From the NCBI GenBank assembly GCA_007134735.1, contig SLKG01000037.1, positions 65,286 to 97,285 on the forward strand: a stretch of 32,000 bases of DNA, written 5' to 3'. The notes beneath the pieces are model-generated. The model was not told the origin of the DNA and ran no database searches. It saw nothing but the letters and a program-made list of their open reading frames with translations. Numbering within the stretch: the stretch's first letter is position 1; each line of letters opens with the position of its first letter. Source of the stretch: Kiritimatiellia bacterium (GTDB lineage: Bacteria > Verrucomicrobiota > Kiritimatiellia > SLAD01). Position numbers and translations under genes: made by a program. Shown here in pieces: positions 25,701 through 32,000 of this stretch.

Positions 25701-26629
25701 CCCCGGGCGTCCATCACGACGATCGGTAGAAACGAACGCCGGTCCAGCAAGTCGTCTCCGAGTCGTATGTAATGCCGGGTGGCCGGATGACCGGCGGCGT
25801 CGTGCGCATCAAAAATGCGGGCGCGCAACAACGTGGTCTTCGTCAGCGTCAAGGGTTGTTCGTAGAGGGCGGATTGTTTGTCCGGAATGGAACCGTCCGT
25901 GGTATATCGAATCACTCCGATGTGGTCTGCGCCCGCCAACGACACCGTGACTCGGTTGGTAAAGGTGCGCGACGGTTCCGAAAAGATCACGGTTTCCGAT
26001 AACAGATGACCGCCCGGTCCCGCATTCTCGGTCCCCGGGGTGGGGACGGCAAACCGGGTCCATGTATGCGGATCGTCCTGTTTGCGTCCGTATGAAAAGT
26101 CCCGCGGCATCGGGAGCCATGTAACGCGATCGACCACCTCGCCGTTCGGCGCCGTCAGCAGAACGGTATCGCCGTCTTTCCCGATGCTGAAATTGGCGTG
26201 GAGTGGATGGGCGGGATCGGTGCGATTTTTCCGGGAGGCCCAAACGATTAGATAGCCACCGCTTTCGATCACGGTCTGATCGGGGAACACCCACCTGAAC
26301 GGACTGATATCGTCGTCGGAAAGCCCCCAGCCGGAAAGATCCACCTCATCTTGACCCGGATTGTACAATTCGATCCAGTCCGGGTAATCTCCGTCTTCAT
26401 CCTCAAGGGTTGCCCCGTTTGAGGCCATTACTTCGTTGATCCGAACCGCTTGGGCCTGCTGTCCTGGCGTAAACGCCAGGATACATAAGGCACTCAAAAG
26501 CCCCAGCCCCGCCGGGAACCCCCTTGTTCTTCCTGTCCGGAAGATCGCGATAACCGCACTCCTTGTCCGTACCGGCCAACCGTTAAGAACCAATTGTAGA
26601 ATATACACCTCAAAAGGGCGGCGCTCCAC
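19706..26629 (-). CDS. Giant secreted/surface protein: lamin-tail domain, CotH kinase-like domain, chitobiase-C/Ig-like domains, autotransporter-associated beta-strand (PATR) repeats
   Basis: 2307 codons.
- Signal-like segment: GFPAGLGLLSALCILAFTPGQQAQA.
- aa 61-175: LTD (VRINEVMASNG...DYPDWIELYNPG..VDLSGWGLSDD).
- aa 215-275 and 770-825: CHB_HEX_C-like (IRYTTDGSIP, IFFTLDGRDP).
- aa 300-750: CotH (KKPYSVEFRDEY..., IIRNSLIYELSRRSG..., VGVYAIIERIK).
- About aa 1760-2040: PGTASLTGPGKTYTGETRIESGVLQI and GILRLAGSGDTFTGTLRIEAGAVHL repeats.
- Start: the track start is a GTG, so the exact start is uncertain. Confidence 0.9.
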   Translation of the reverse strand: MERRPFEVYILQLVLNGWPVRTRSAVIAIFRTGRTRGFPAGLGLLSALCILAFTPGQQAQAVRINEVMASNGATLEDEDGDYPDWIELYNPGQDEVDLSGWGLSDDDISPFRWVFPDQTVIESGGYLIVWASRKNRTDPAHPLHANFSIGKDGDTVLLTAPNGEVVDRVTWLPMPRDFSYGRKQDDPHTWTRFAVPTPGTENAGPGGHLLSETVIFSEPSRTFTNRVTVSLAGADHIGVIRYTTDGSIPDKQSALYEQPLTLTKTTLLRARIFDAHDAAGHPATRHYIRLGDDLLDRRSFLPIVVMDARGAEITPVGPHRNDRTRTPEGKPRHDGFFFLFDRDPEGVSALTRRPELAVRQGLRHRGSSSMHWPKKPYSVEFRDEYDRDTSLALLGMRPESDWVFYPGYGYDRAIIRNSLIYELSRRSGRWAPDSRFVEVYVNHDGEDLTEEDYVGVYAIIERIKQGPGRLGHHNINRDEVPPEGPIDVAVKGPWTGGYILKIDRAAVDEYEWETDRRIPDEPHSFPLVISRPKIHSLDGGPYPNYVEAGIHSRQVDYVVSYVQAFEDALVLDRDGNFQSRDYLDYIDRDSWVDHLLLNAFAKNVDGLRLSAYFHKPENQLLQAGPIWDFDRSMGSHDPRDSRWDTWYGTRDSTPYFHSDDWWDWLCLDPDFRQAFYDRWAEWRATVFSDEALEELIRAMGEEINRSCDTIESAAARNLDRWPDRPYVGNEYTNEIQRLIDWVIPRANWMDRRRQDEGMLPPPPVADGNGSEIWFESPSGGSIFFTLDGRDPRAPGGGVAGTEYTAPLSVEGPALLTARTRNAHGHWSTPTVKALGGLETRPSLIHYWNFNDEKNLLRPTYSLAEGSGLTVEPGPHTDILPGTGEHFSGENARFGDAAGSHLRVNRPLDAEIHIALPTPGFEYVVVHYETRRSSSGAGTQVIEYTVDGTHYQHWDRLTVTEIPARHTFDFSGIPEVNNNAEFGLRITFEKGHGGPAGNHRFDNITAEGRAWDAANLPPRLKEPIERRYLIENGDPAVVNLSNVFHVAEKDGVTFTAHADNIHVADPGVDGSTLTVYPLQRGNATVTIAADDHVHPPTQTSFDLLVYPSAHALSNGPYVFSEWHPDEPDGHYPEHMLFLQSEESDPGAGTPLSHAYSLETGNYHPDDHESHGYPYNNTARTRINALGEQGLSFINTGRERDLGGALMAVDTTGVTEGRVAWMAGTVTPNDRTYAIRLQYRIGTEGPFMDVRDGRDRPLEYVRNDVAGHVEAFGPVELPSEALGEPYVQLLWRYYRAWGDTGPRAELRLDDITVTCAPAGPVAHLLFDTYPSVVQSGEPLGLVVVRAVDAAGMIVTNFAGIVELTLIGDGTLSGTRSVQAVNGIAFFGDLHIGDGAGAFQLSAEAEDTEPAAGNRFTAVRLTEILLPRFIQGEQDRDGSNLNRVPYAYRLKLEGLETNTIYRYGNRVAAFDDPPDQDGAGNMIFVKTNGDAFIRNTDAPRFMPDDLDERHGTFVTDEDGTYEGWFIAEPTGNRRFDPGNTLNMRILLNDGADGTAYHHLLTTTGGVEILEFGEGAHEATGLVGKSEFDPGHFVVLYEDEQGHSRPLAATPIEMTGSDIDERYALFYEELVATNPRFWGALIPNALSSGVRRIEVRSLADGALLDASVFEEGLPGTMTADGNPIAHLPDNGSDIPVLLAQDDATWAEAINWTTDTYPDGTSTVAVIRQPANDRRDVKLNDHITIGHLIVHRPGNGGRNRIQDTGGHASLHFASTNHEAAVTVTDEGTGFVEFRVQGGVFLESDVRLTVQSTGGHAEYGGLRLRESWSGPGALIKDGPGTASLTGPGKTYTGETRIESGVLQITEPATPSASTQILVKAGAQLRLVSGNDPRIHSFGGPLKLTGRGPDSGGALRYEPGPGTHYARIAGPVIVRGDSGWHVEGSNNTLAVSGALKGAHEIAKTGDGILRLAGSGDTFTGTLRIEAGAVHLHGDLTAPVILEPGTHVSGSGTAGLLSGSGEVALESSILTADSINGLWYAFGFGRPGSPAYAQTVESGNALLRLNGADPFAHDFNAGNRVALYFDVETFHPDDVFRGGFFTDQDTDFLANMKGAHAVYYVRDSDGTVGFNGRRYSEYTGPLTFTVDTARAVADFVEGTVTGRIMRVRFQGGQLPHERWLSDNFDPEELEDPAISGPDAMPDDDGWANLAKYALGLNRTDAIEPALPRMGIMTDGETEYLTYTYRRLIHEERGVEYQVEVARELDDAWVALETLPVYHRDPPVPTGDDQTEEIRIRIPEWVFSEPLFIRLRFIPQ

Positions 26630-26769
26630 GAAATAATTGGATTATCTCCGGAAGAGGATGGGGATTCTCTCTTTCCCGGCGCCGTTTCCCATGCTATGAT
26701 GAAGGTGAGTCGCAATCAACGATCGTGAATGATGTTTGGAAGATCCGATAGCGAAAGGAGTGCTCGCTG

Positions 26770-27267
26770 ATGAATCAATATCTTGTGGTGGCGGCGGATG
26801 CGGTTCGCGCCCGTTTCTTTCACCTACAGGGAGCGGATGAGCCGGCCCTGGAATCCGGTCCGAACCTGGTGGAGGACGATGTCCTGTTGAATCCGGAGCA
26901 AGCCATGTCCGATCGGGATGTTTTTTCGGAAAACAAATCCGGGCGAAACCGCACCATGGGATCCTCTCCGCACGGTTACGACGATCATCGCGATAAACAT
27001 GCGGATGAGAATGCCCGGAAATTTGCGCGGTTGATCGCGAAGGAAATTGTGACCCGTGCCGCGAAGCGTTCGATGCGCCATATTGTCCTTTCCGCGGACA
27101 AACGAATGCTCGGTATGTTGCGTCCGCAACTGGATGCCGGACGGCAAGCACAATGGGAAATCCGGGAATGCGCGGCGGATGTCAGTAAATTGGCGCCCGA
27201 CGCCTTGCACCATCATCTTGCCGGGAAGAAGCTGCTACCGCCCCGCCGGCGGCCAGGACCGGCCTGA
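26770..27267 (+). CDS. Host-attachment-protein family (bacterial eRF1-like, baeRF12) protein
   Basis: The family-like layout as I recall it: N-terminal YLVVAADAVRARFFHL, central SPHGYDDHRDKHADENARKFARLIAKEI, then HIVLSADKRMLGMLRPQL. AAAGGAG lies 9 nt upstream of the ATG. Confidence 0.7.
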   Translation: MNQYLVVAADAVRARFFHLQGADEPALESGPNLVEDDVLLNPEQAMSDRDVFSENKSGRNRTMGSSPHGYDDHRDKHADENARKFARLIAKEIVTRAAKRSMRHIVLSADKRMLGMLRPQLDAGRQAQWEIRECAADVSKLAPDALHHHLAGKKLLPPRRRPGPA

Positions 27268-27291
27268 TGCTCTGAGGCCCGCATCAGGGCC
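27261..27291. terminator. Hairpin spanning the stops of two convergent genes
   Basis: 8-bp stem cctgatgc (27263..27270) / gcatcagg (27281..27288) with a 10-nt loop. There is no clear U-tract on either strand. Confidence 0.3.
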
Positions 27292-27787
27292 AGGTGGTTT
27301 CGACCAGATTGCTGCGTTGCCGCCCGTCCGCCGAGGTCCAGGCAAAGGCCACGCGTGTACCCGATCGCGGTGTGGACAGGTCGTTGTATCCATAGCGGAT
27401 GTTATTCAATTCCTTGACGGCCTGGCCCGGGTGCCGGATCCACTCAAATTTTCCGCCCACGTACCGGCTTCCGTCCCAGACAAAGAAATGGCCGAGGGCA
27501 TTTTGACTCCACGGGTATCGGTCCCATGCAAACCGGACGAACCGTCTGTCGGAGGTTATTTCGGCATCCAGGGTCATCACTTGCGTGGCGCCCCTGCCCG
27601 ACGGGCCTTGGCGCGTGTGCCAACGAATCGATTCCCAGGTACGGGTATCGGCATCCACATCCTCCTCGTCCGAATCCTCGGCCACGGGATCTTCGTTGGG
27701 CGTTTCCACGGGGGGACGGGAGGAGCGGTTGTCCAGGTCACAACCGGTTATCAGGGACACGGCCAAGAGAAATAGAAACCATTTCAT
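27284..27787 (-). CDS. Hypothetical lipoprotein
   Basis: Signal peptide plus lipobox in MKWFLFLLAVSLITGC, followed by an acidic linker. ATG 27787 has AGGGGG 8 nt upstream. The track start 27796 is a GTG. Confidence 0.7.
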   Translation of the reverse strand: MKWFLFLLAVSLITGCDLDNRSSRPPVETPNEDPVAEDSDEEDVDADTRTWESIRWHTRQGPSGRGATQVMTLDAEITSDRRFVRFAWDRYPWSQNALGHFFVWDGSRYVGGKFEWIRHPGQAVKELNNIRYGYNDLSTPRSGTRVAFAWTSADGRQRSNLVETTWP

Positions 27788-27871
27788 TGTGTGCACCCCC
27801 TGTTGTCGGGTTTGGTCATGAAAGGATGGAACCGAACCCGGGACATGCCGGTTGGCCCATCGATCGAGCCC

Positions 27872-28231
27872 TTACTTGGAGAGCCCGGATTTGACCGTTT
27901 CCACGATTTGCGTGAACCCGTCCGGATCGTGTATGGCGATCTCGGACAGCATTTTGCGGTTCAGACCGATACCGGCTTTGGCGAGGCCATCGATCAGCCG
28001 GTTGTAACTGATTTCGTGCTGACGGCAGGCGGCGGTAAGCCGCGCAATCCACAGCGAGCGATATTCGCGTTTCTTCTGCCGGCGGTGCGCGTAGGACATG
28101 GAAAGGGCCCGATCAACGGATTCCGTGGCCGTGCGGAATAGTTTACTGCGCGCTCCGTAGAACCCCTTTGCGCGGGCGAGGCGGCGTTTGCGGCGACGAC
28201 GTGAAACAGGTGCGTTGGTTGCTCTCGACAT
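27872..28231 (-). CDS. rplT: 50S ribosomal protein L20
   Basis: Sequence runs MSRATNAPVSRRRRKRRLARAKGFYGARSKLFRTA...AHRRQKKREYRSLWIARL. GGAGGAG lies 9 nt upstream. Confidence 0.97.
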   Translation of the reverse strand: MSRATNAPVSRRRRKRRLARAKGFYGARSKLFRTATESVDRALSMSYAHRRQKKREYRSLWIARLTAACRQHEISYNRLIDGLAKAGIGLNRKMLSEIAIHDPDGFTQIVETVKSGLSK

Positions 28232-28254
28232 GACGGTATGCTCCTCCGGCCCTG

Positions 28255-28449
28255 TTATTTGGGCAGGTAATCGACAATGCGCTTGTAATCGGTTTTGGCG
28301 ACCAGTCCGCCCTGGCGCAACCGCCGTTTCTGCTTGCTGGTCTTATTCGTGAACAAGTGTCCGCGACCGGCGGATTCCCGCTTGATTTTGCCGGTCCCCG
28401 TCAGCTTGAATCGTTTAGCCACCGATTTTCTGGTTTTCTGTTTGGGCAT
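28255..28449 (-). CDS. rpmI: 50S ribosomal protein L35
   Basis: Only the last 64 codons of track ORF 28255..28710 are L35: [46 protein letters not shown]... It lies directly upstream of rplT. Confidence 0.95.
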   Translation of the reverse strand: MPKQKTRKSVAKRFKLTGTGKIKRESAGRGHLFTNKTSKQKRRLRQGGLVAKTDYKRIVDYLPK

Positions 28450-28640
28450 AAAAACATCCGATTCTTTAAGATTCAGGGGCTTTACGCCCCGAAAAAGGCA
28501 CCTATGTACGACACAAAGTCCCCCGTGTCCAGAACATTCCTTTTTTTTCTGAAAGGCGGAGCGTTCTGGATGCGGTTCCCCGGGGCGGGGTTCATCACGG
28601 GCTTGGAATTCGCCGGGTGTTCGGGCATATTCACACGGTA

Positions 28641-29429
28641 ATGAATGCGCTGGGAGCGATCGGCAGATTTGTGGTGGACAAATGGCGTTCCACGGCCTAC
28701 GTGGCCGCACTGGTTTTTTCGGTGCTGCTCATGGCCGTGAAACCCCGTTACTGGCCACGCACGGTGCGGGATGTCCTGGCGCGCCAGATTCTGTTCACCG
28801 GGGTGGAAGCCTCGCGTTTCATCTCGATGATTGCCCTGCTGGCGGGCGTCTCCATTGTGGTCCAGGCGCAGGTCTGGCTTCAGCGCGTGGGCCAGATCGA
28901 ATTGCTGGGTCCGATCCTGGTGGCCGTGGTGATCCGGGAAGTAGGACCGTTGTTGACGAATTTTGTGGTGATCGGACGCAGCGGCTCGGCGATCGCGACG
29001 GAACTCGGAAACATGCGGGTACAAGGGGAGGTGCAATTGCTGGATGCACAGGGTCTCGATCCGTTCCATTACCTCGTCTTTCCTCGTGTGCTGGGCATGA
29101 TGGTTTCCATTTTCGGGCTCACGGTGGTGTTTATCGTGGTGTGTTTCGTGAGCGGTTATGTAAGCGGATTTCTGATGGGGGCGAATCCCGGGCCGCCGAT
29201 GTTTTTTATCGATAGTGTCCTGGGTGCGGTCGAACCCCGGGACGTCCTGGCGTTTCTGGCGAAGACCCTTGTACCCGGCCTCTTGACGGGCGCCATATGT
29301 TGTGCGGAAGGCATGAGTGTGCGGGGTGCGGTGACGGAGGTGCCTCAGGCGACCACCCGGAGCCTGGTGCGATCGGTCGGCGCCCTGTTCATCGTATCGG
29401 CGCTGATTTCACTGGTTACCTATATCTAG
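28641..29429 (+). CDS. mlaE: MlaE-family ABC transporter permease
   Basis: Sequence includes [54 protein letters not shown] and multiple TM helices. ATG 28641 ([10 protein letters not shown]) is preferred. The track's GTG 28617 remains possible. Confidence 0.85.
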   Translation: MNALGAIGRFVVDKWRSTAYVAALVFSVLLMAVKPRYWPRTVRDVLARQILFTGVEASRFISMIALLAGVSIVVQAQVWLQRVGQIELLGPILVAVVIREVGPLLTNFVVIGRSGSAIATELGNMRVQGEVQLLDAQGLDPFHYLVFPRVLGMMVSIFGLTVVFIVVCFVSGYVSGFLMGANPGPPMFFIDSVLGAVEPRDVLAFLAKTLVPGLLTGAICCAEGMSVRGAVTEVPQATTRSLVRSVGALFIVSALISLVTYI

Positions 29430-29433
29430 AGCC

Positions 29434-30144
29434 ATGAGTACGGATAAACCGATTCTCACATGGGAAAACGTAACGCTGGGGGGCGATGATGCCGGGCGGG
29501 ATGAAGTCGTGCTGGAGGGGGTGCATTTCGAATTGGGGGCCGGGGAGACCGTGGTGGTCCGGATTGAGGAGGAGATGGCGTGTCCCCCGCTGGCCGATGC
29601 GGCACAAGGCCTGCTAAACCCGGTACGGGGCCGCATATTATTCATGGGCCAGGATTGGCGCGCGATGGACCCCGACACGGCGGCGTCGAACCGTGGCCGC
29701 ATCGGGCGCGTCTATGAATCCCATGCATGGATCAGCAATCTCGATCTGGACGAGAATATTACCCTGGGCCGTCGGCACCATACGCGGCAACCGGTTCCCG
29801 ACATTCTGGAGGAGGCCCGTGCATGGGCACGCCGATTCGGATTGGATGACCTGCCCGCCGTTCGTCCGGCCTGGGCGAATAGACGGGAACGACGAATGGC
29901 GCAATGGGTGCGGGCCCTGCTGGGCGAGCCGGATCTACTTCTGTTGGAGCGACCGACCCGCGAGGCGGCGGATGGGGAATGCGCGGCCTGGATGGAAGCG
30001 GTCGAGGAAGCGCGCGCGAAGGGGGCGGCGGTAATGTGGGTGGTGTCGGATGAACGGGTTTGGCAAAATGAGTCGATGCGGTCGGCACTTCATGTTACAG
30101 TAAGAGACGGGCAATGGGTCGTGTCACCGGAGAAACACGCATGA
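29434..30144 (+). CDS. MlaF-like ABC ATPase-fold protein with degenerate catalytic motifs
   Basis: It aligns colinearly with MlaF/ABC NBDs (LEGVHFELGAGETVVV..., GLLNPVRGRILFMGQD, LDENITLG, LLGEPDLLLL). The catalytic motifs are replaced:
- Walker A GPSGSGKST becomes IEEEMACPP.
- Signature LSGG becomes WANR.
- Walker B DEP becomes ERP. Confidence 0.8.
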   Translation: MSTDKPILTWENVTLGGDDAGRDEVVLEGVHFELGAGETVVVRIEEEMACPPLADAAQGLLNPVRGRILFMGQDWRAMDPDTAASNRGRIGRVYESHAWISNLDLDENITLGRRHHTRQPVPDILEEARAWARRFGLDDLPAVRPAWANRRERRMAQWVRALLGEPDLLLLERPTREAADGECAAWMEAVEEARAKGAAVMWVVSDERVWQNESMRSALHVTVRDGQWVVSPEKHA

Positions 30145-30989
30145 AAAAACCGTTCAAGTTCAGGTACGTCCATGAAATCGTGGGCACGTTCGTGTTGCTG
30201 GTGCTGGTTGCGGTGATCGCGGCGATCGTGCTGGCCGGCCGGGCACAGGGATGGTTTGAACCGGTTCATGAAATCCGCTTGGAATTTCCGGAAGAAGGCA
30301 CGTTCGGATTGCGGCGCGGGGCGGAAGTGCGGGTGCTCGAAGCGCCCGCGGGTACGGTTCACGATATCGTGGTGCGCGAGGACGGCGTGATGGAAGGGGT
30401 GCTCCGCATCCGGGACCGGTTTCTTCCCTATGTCCGGGAAGACTCCAAGGCCGTGATCCGGCTGGTCTTCGGCGTGGCGGGCGATGCCTACGTGGAGATC
30501 ACGCGGGGTGTCGGAGCGCCATTGCCGGAAGAGGACGCGTATATCGAAGTGGTCAAGGACACCGAGATCATGGACCTCGTGGAGGATTTGCTTGATCAAC
30601 TGATGGCGGCGGCGGTGCCCGCGCTCGAACAACTCCGGGTACTGCTCGAGGAGTTTACGATGCTGGCTTCTGATATGCGCGATCCGGATCGGGACGCACA
30701 GCAATTGCTGGTTAAGATCAACCGGATGATGGACGACCTGGGCCGGATTGCGGCCAATGTGGCGGAGGCCAGCGACCATTTTCCGGAAATGACGGAGACG
30801 GTCGGGGGCGAAGTGCGCGACATGACAGGTTTGGTTGCGCAGACGCAGAGTGCCTTGCAGGAAGCGGAAATCCTGATCGAAGGGCTACAGCGGCATTGGC
30901 TGATCCGGCGGTACGTGGACCGGGAAGACCCGGACCCGGATGCGCGGTTGGCGCCATCCGCCGTCATGGGTGCAGGAGAAATGGAATGA
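30141..30989 (+). CDS. mlaD: MlaD/MCE-domain protein
   Basis: N-terminal TM helix (IVGTFVLLVLVAVIAAIVL) followed by an MCE beta-barrel (GLRRGAEVRVLEAPAGTVHDIVV) and a helical C-terminus. ATG 30141 overlaps the upstream stop as ATGA. Confidence 0.85.
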   Translation: MKKPFKFRYVHEIVGTFVLLVLVAVIAAIVLAGRAQGWFEPVHEIRLEFPEEGTFGLRRGAEVRVLEAPAGTVHDIVVREDGVMEGVLRIRDRFLPYVREDSKAVIRLVFGVAGDAYVEITRGVGAPLPEEDAYIEVVKDTEIMDLVEDLLDQLMAAAVPALEQLRVLLEEFTMLASDMRDPDRDAQQLLVKINRMMDDLGRIAANVAEASDHFPEMTETVGGEVRDMTGLVAQTQSALQEAEILIEGLQRHWLIRRYVDREDPDPDARLAPSAVMGAGEME

Positions 30990-31930
30990 GGTGGATTATG
31001 AAGTGGCAGCGTGTGGCAATGACGGGGATATTGGCGGCCGGTCTTTTCCTGGGGGGGTGCGCTACCCCCCAACCGGTGGAGCGCACGGATCCGGAACTGA
31101 AACGGAAGGCCTCGGCCGCAAGGGCCGCCTTTGAAGCAGGGGACATCCGGCGCGCATCGGACCTGTACCAGGAAGCGTTGATGCGGGCGCGAACGACGGG
31201 AGACGCGGAGGATATCGGCACACACGCGTACAACGTCGCCTTGTGCCAGGTCCTGCTGGGACGGCATGAGCGGGCGTTGGAATTCTTGAGGCAGGCCCAT
31301 TACGAGATGGACCGGGCGGAGATGGACATGGTTCCGCTGCGCCTGGTGGAAGCCGAAGTCTTTCTGGCGCTACAGCGGGACGGGGAAGCCCGTTGGTCGG
31401 CGGAACGCGCGGTGGAACATGCCCGGTCGCCGGAACACCGGACGCATGCACGTCTTCTGCTGGCCTTAATGGAACTCAATGCCGGAAATACGGATGCGGC
31501 CCGCGGGGAATACCGGCAGGCGCGCCGGCATGCCCGGGAAGCATCTCTGCCGGTACAGGCGCGCACCGAAGAGGTGCTGGCCCGTATCGGGCTTGCGGAG
31601 GGCAATCACGTGGAAGCCGCCATTTCGTATGACCGCGCGGCGGAACTGTACCGTCGCGCCGGACAGTACCGGGAGATGAGCCGGATGTGGATTCGCGCGG
31701 GGGAGTCGTATGAAGCGACGGGCAAGGACGCCGCGGCAGGCTACCGCTATTTTCGTGCCGCGCGGAGTTTGTTCGGGCGGAATGAAACCGTGGAAGCCTT
31801 GCGCATTGTTGAACGGGCCGTGGAGACGGCTGAGCGTGCGCAGGATTCGCGGCTGGCCGAAGAAATCGCCCTGCTGTTCCGGGAAATATCGAACGCCGTG
31901 AAGATTTCAGGCGATGCGACGTCTAATTGA
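30986..31930 (+). CDS. TPR-repeat lipoprotein
   Basis: Lipobox in MRWIMKWQRVAMTGILAAGLFLGGC, followed by Ala/Arg-rich TPR-like helices. ATG 30986 overlaps the mlaD stop (ATGA), with AGGAG 7 nt upstream. The track's 30896 start lies inside mlaD. Confidence 0.75.
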   Translation: MRWIMKWQRVAMTGILAAGLFLGGCATPQPVERTDPELKRKASAARAAFEAGDIRRASDLYQEALMRARTTGDAEDIGTHAYNVALCQVLLGRHERALEFLRQAHYEMDRAEMDMVPLRLVEAEVFLALQRDGEARWSAERAVEHARSPEHRTHARLLLALMELNAGNTDAARGEYRQARRHAREASLPVQARTEEVLARIGLAEGNHVEAAISYDRAAELYRRAGQYREMSRMWIRAGESYEATGKDAAAGYRYFRAARSLFGRNETVEALRIVERAVETAERAQDSRLAEEIALLFREISNAVKISGDATSN

Positions 31931-32000
31931 AGGATGCGGGCAACGCACCTTTCGCGGTTGGAGCCGCGGAAATGAAAGGACCGTACATGAATAAATGGAT

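Noticed and set aside
28450-29069. Upstream part of ORF 28255..28710, and ORF 28482..29069 (195 aa, minus)
   Set aside because: Only the last 64 codons of the first ORF match L35. The remainder, and the 195-aa ORF, are off-frame or antisense to mlaE and the intergenic region, with R/H/P-rich composition.
30090-31300. Minus-strand ORFs 30090..30779 and 30596..31300
   Set aside because: They are antisense to the mlaD and TPR-lipoprotein genes, which have TM/lipobox signals and overlapping start-stop coupling.
31987-32000. Possible gene start (ATGAATAAATGGAT) with AAAGGA 6 nt upstream at the right edge
   Set aside because: Only 14 nt are visible, which is too little to call a CDS.

Overview
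High-GC bacterial chromosomal window. The gene content (lamin-tail/CotH/autotransporter-repeat giant protein, DUF2723 glycosyltransferase) suggests the PVC superphylum, but that is inference only. I resolve 25 protein-coding genes, one initiator-type tRNA-Met, and a few hairpin terminators and candidate promoters. One gene, at the left edge, is missing from the ORF track because it has no stop codon inside the window. The track's ORFs begin at the longest ATG/GTG/TTG, so I re-set several starts using Shine-Dalgarno spacing and family N-termini.

Most of the window is housekeeping:
- a GT2 / UbiA / DUF2723 lipid-linked glycosylation module
- def, an orphan parA, rmuC and a tandem USP
- ftsK, a rodZ-like gene and pgsA
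- an MscS channel and an outer-membrane beta-barrel protein
- rpmI-rplT
- an Mla-like lipid-transport operon

The stand-out region is 14.0-19.0 kb, next to the tRNA, with three co-oriented genes:
- a membrane TIR-TPR-HEAT protein
- a NUDIX hydrolase
- an 858-aa RelA/SpoT synthetase fused to a TPR-like linker, a SLOG-type ligand sensor and a RyR module, with the NUDIX start 1 nt after its stop

I read this as a candidate nucleotide-signal conflict system, Thoeris-like in logic but with an alarmone-synthetase-type effector. I do not recognise it as a characterised system.

Other points worth a second look:
- an Mla operon whose ATPase has lost Walker A, the signature motif and Walker B
- a 2307-aa LTD-CotH-PATR surface protein
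- a stand-alone host-attachment/baeRF12-like gene
- an initiator tRNA with an AU/GC/GC anticodon stem

I found no CRISPR array, transposase or integrase.
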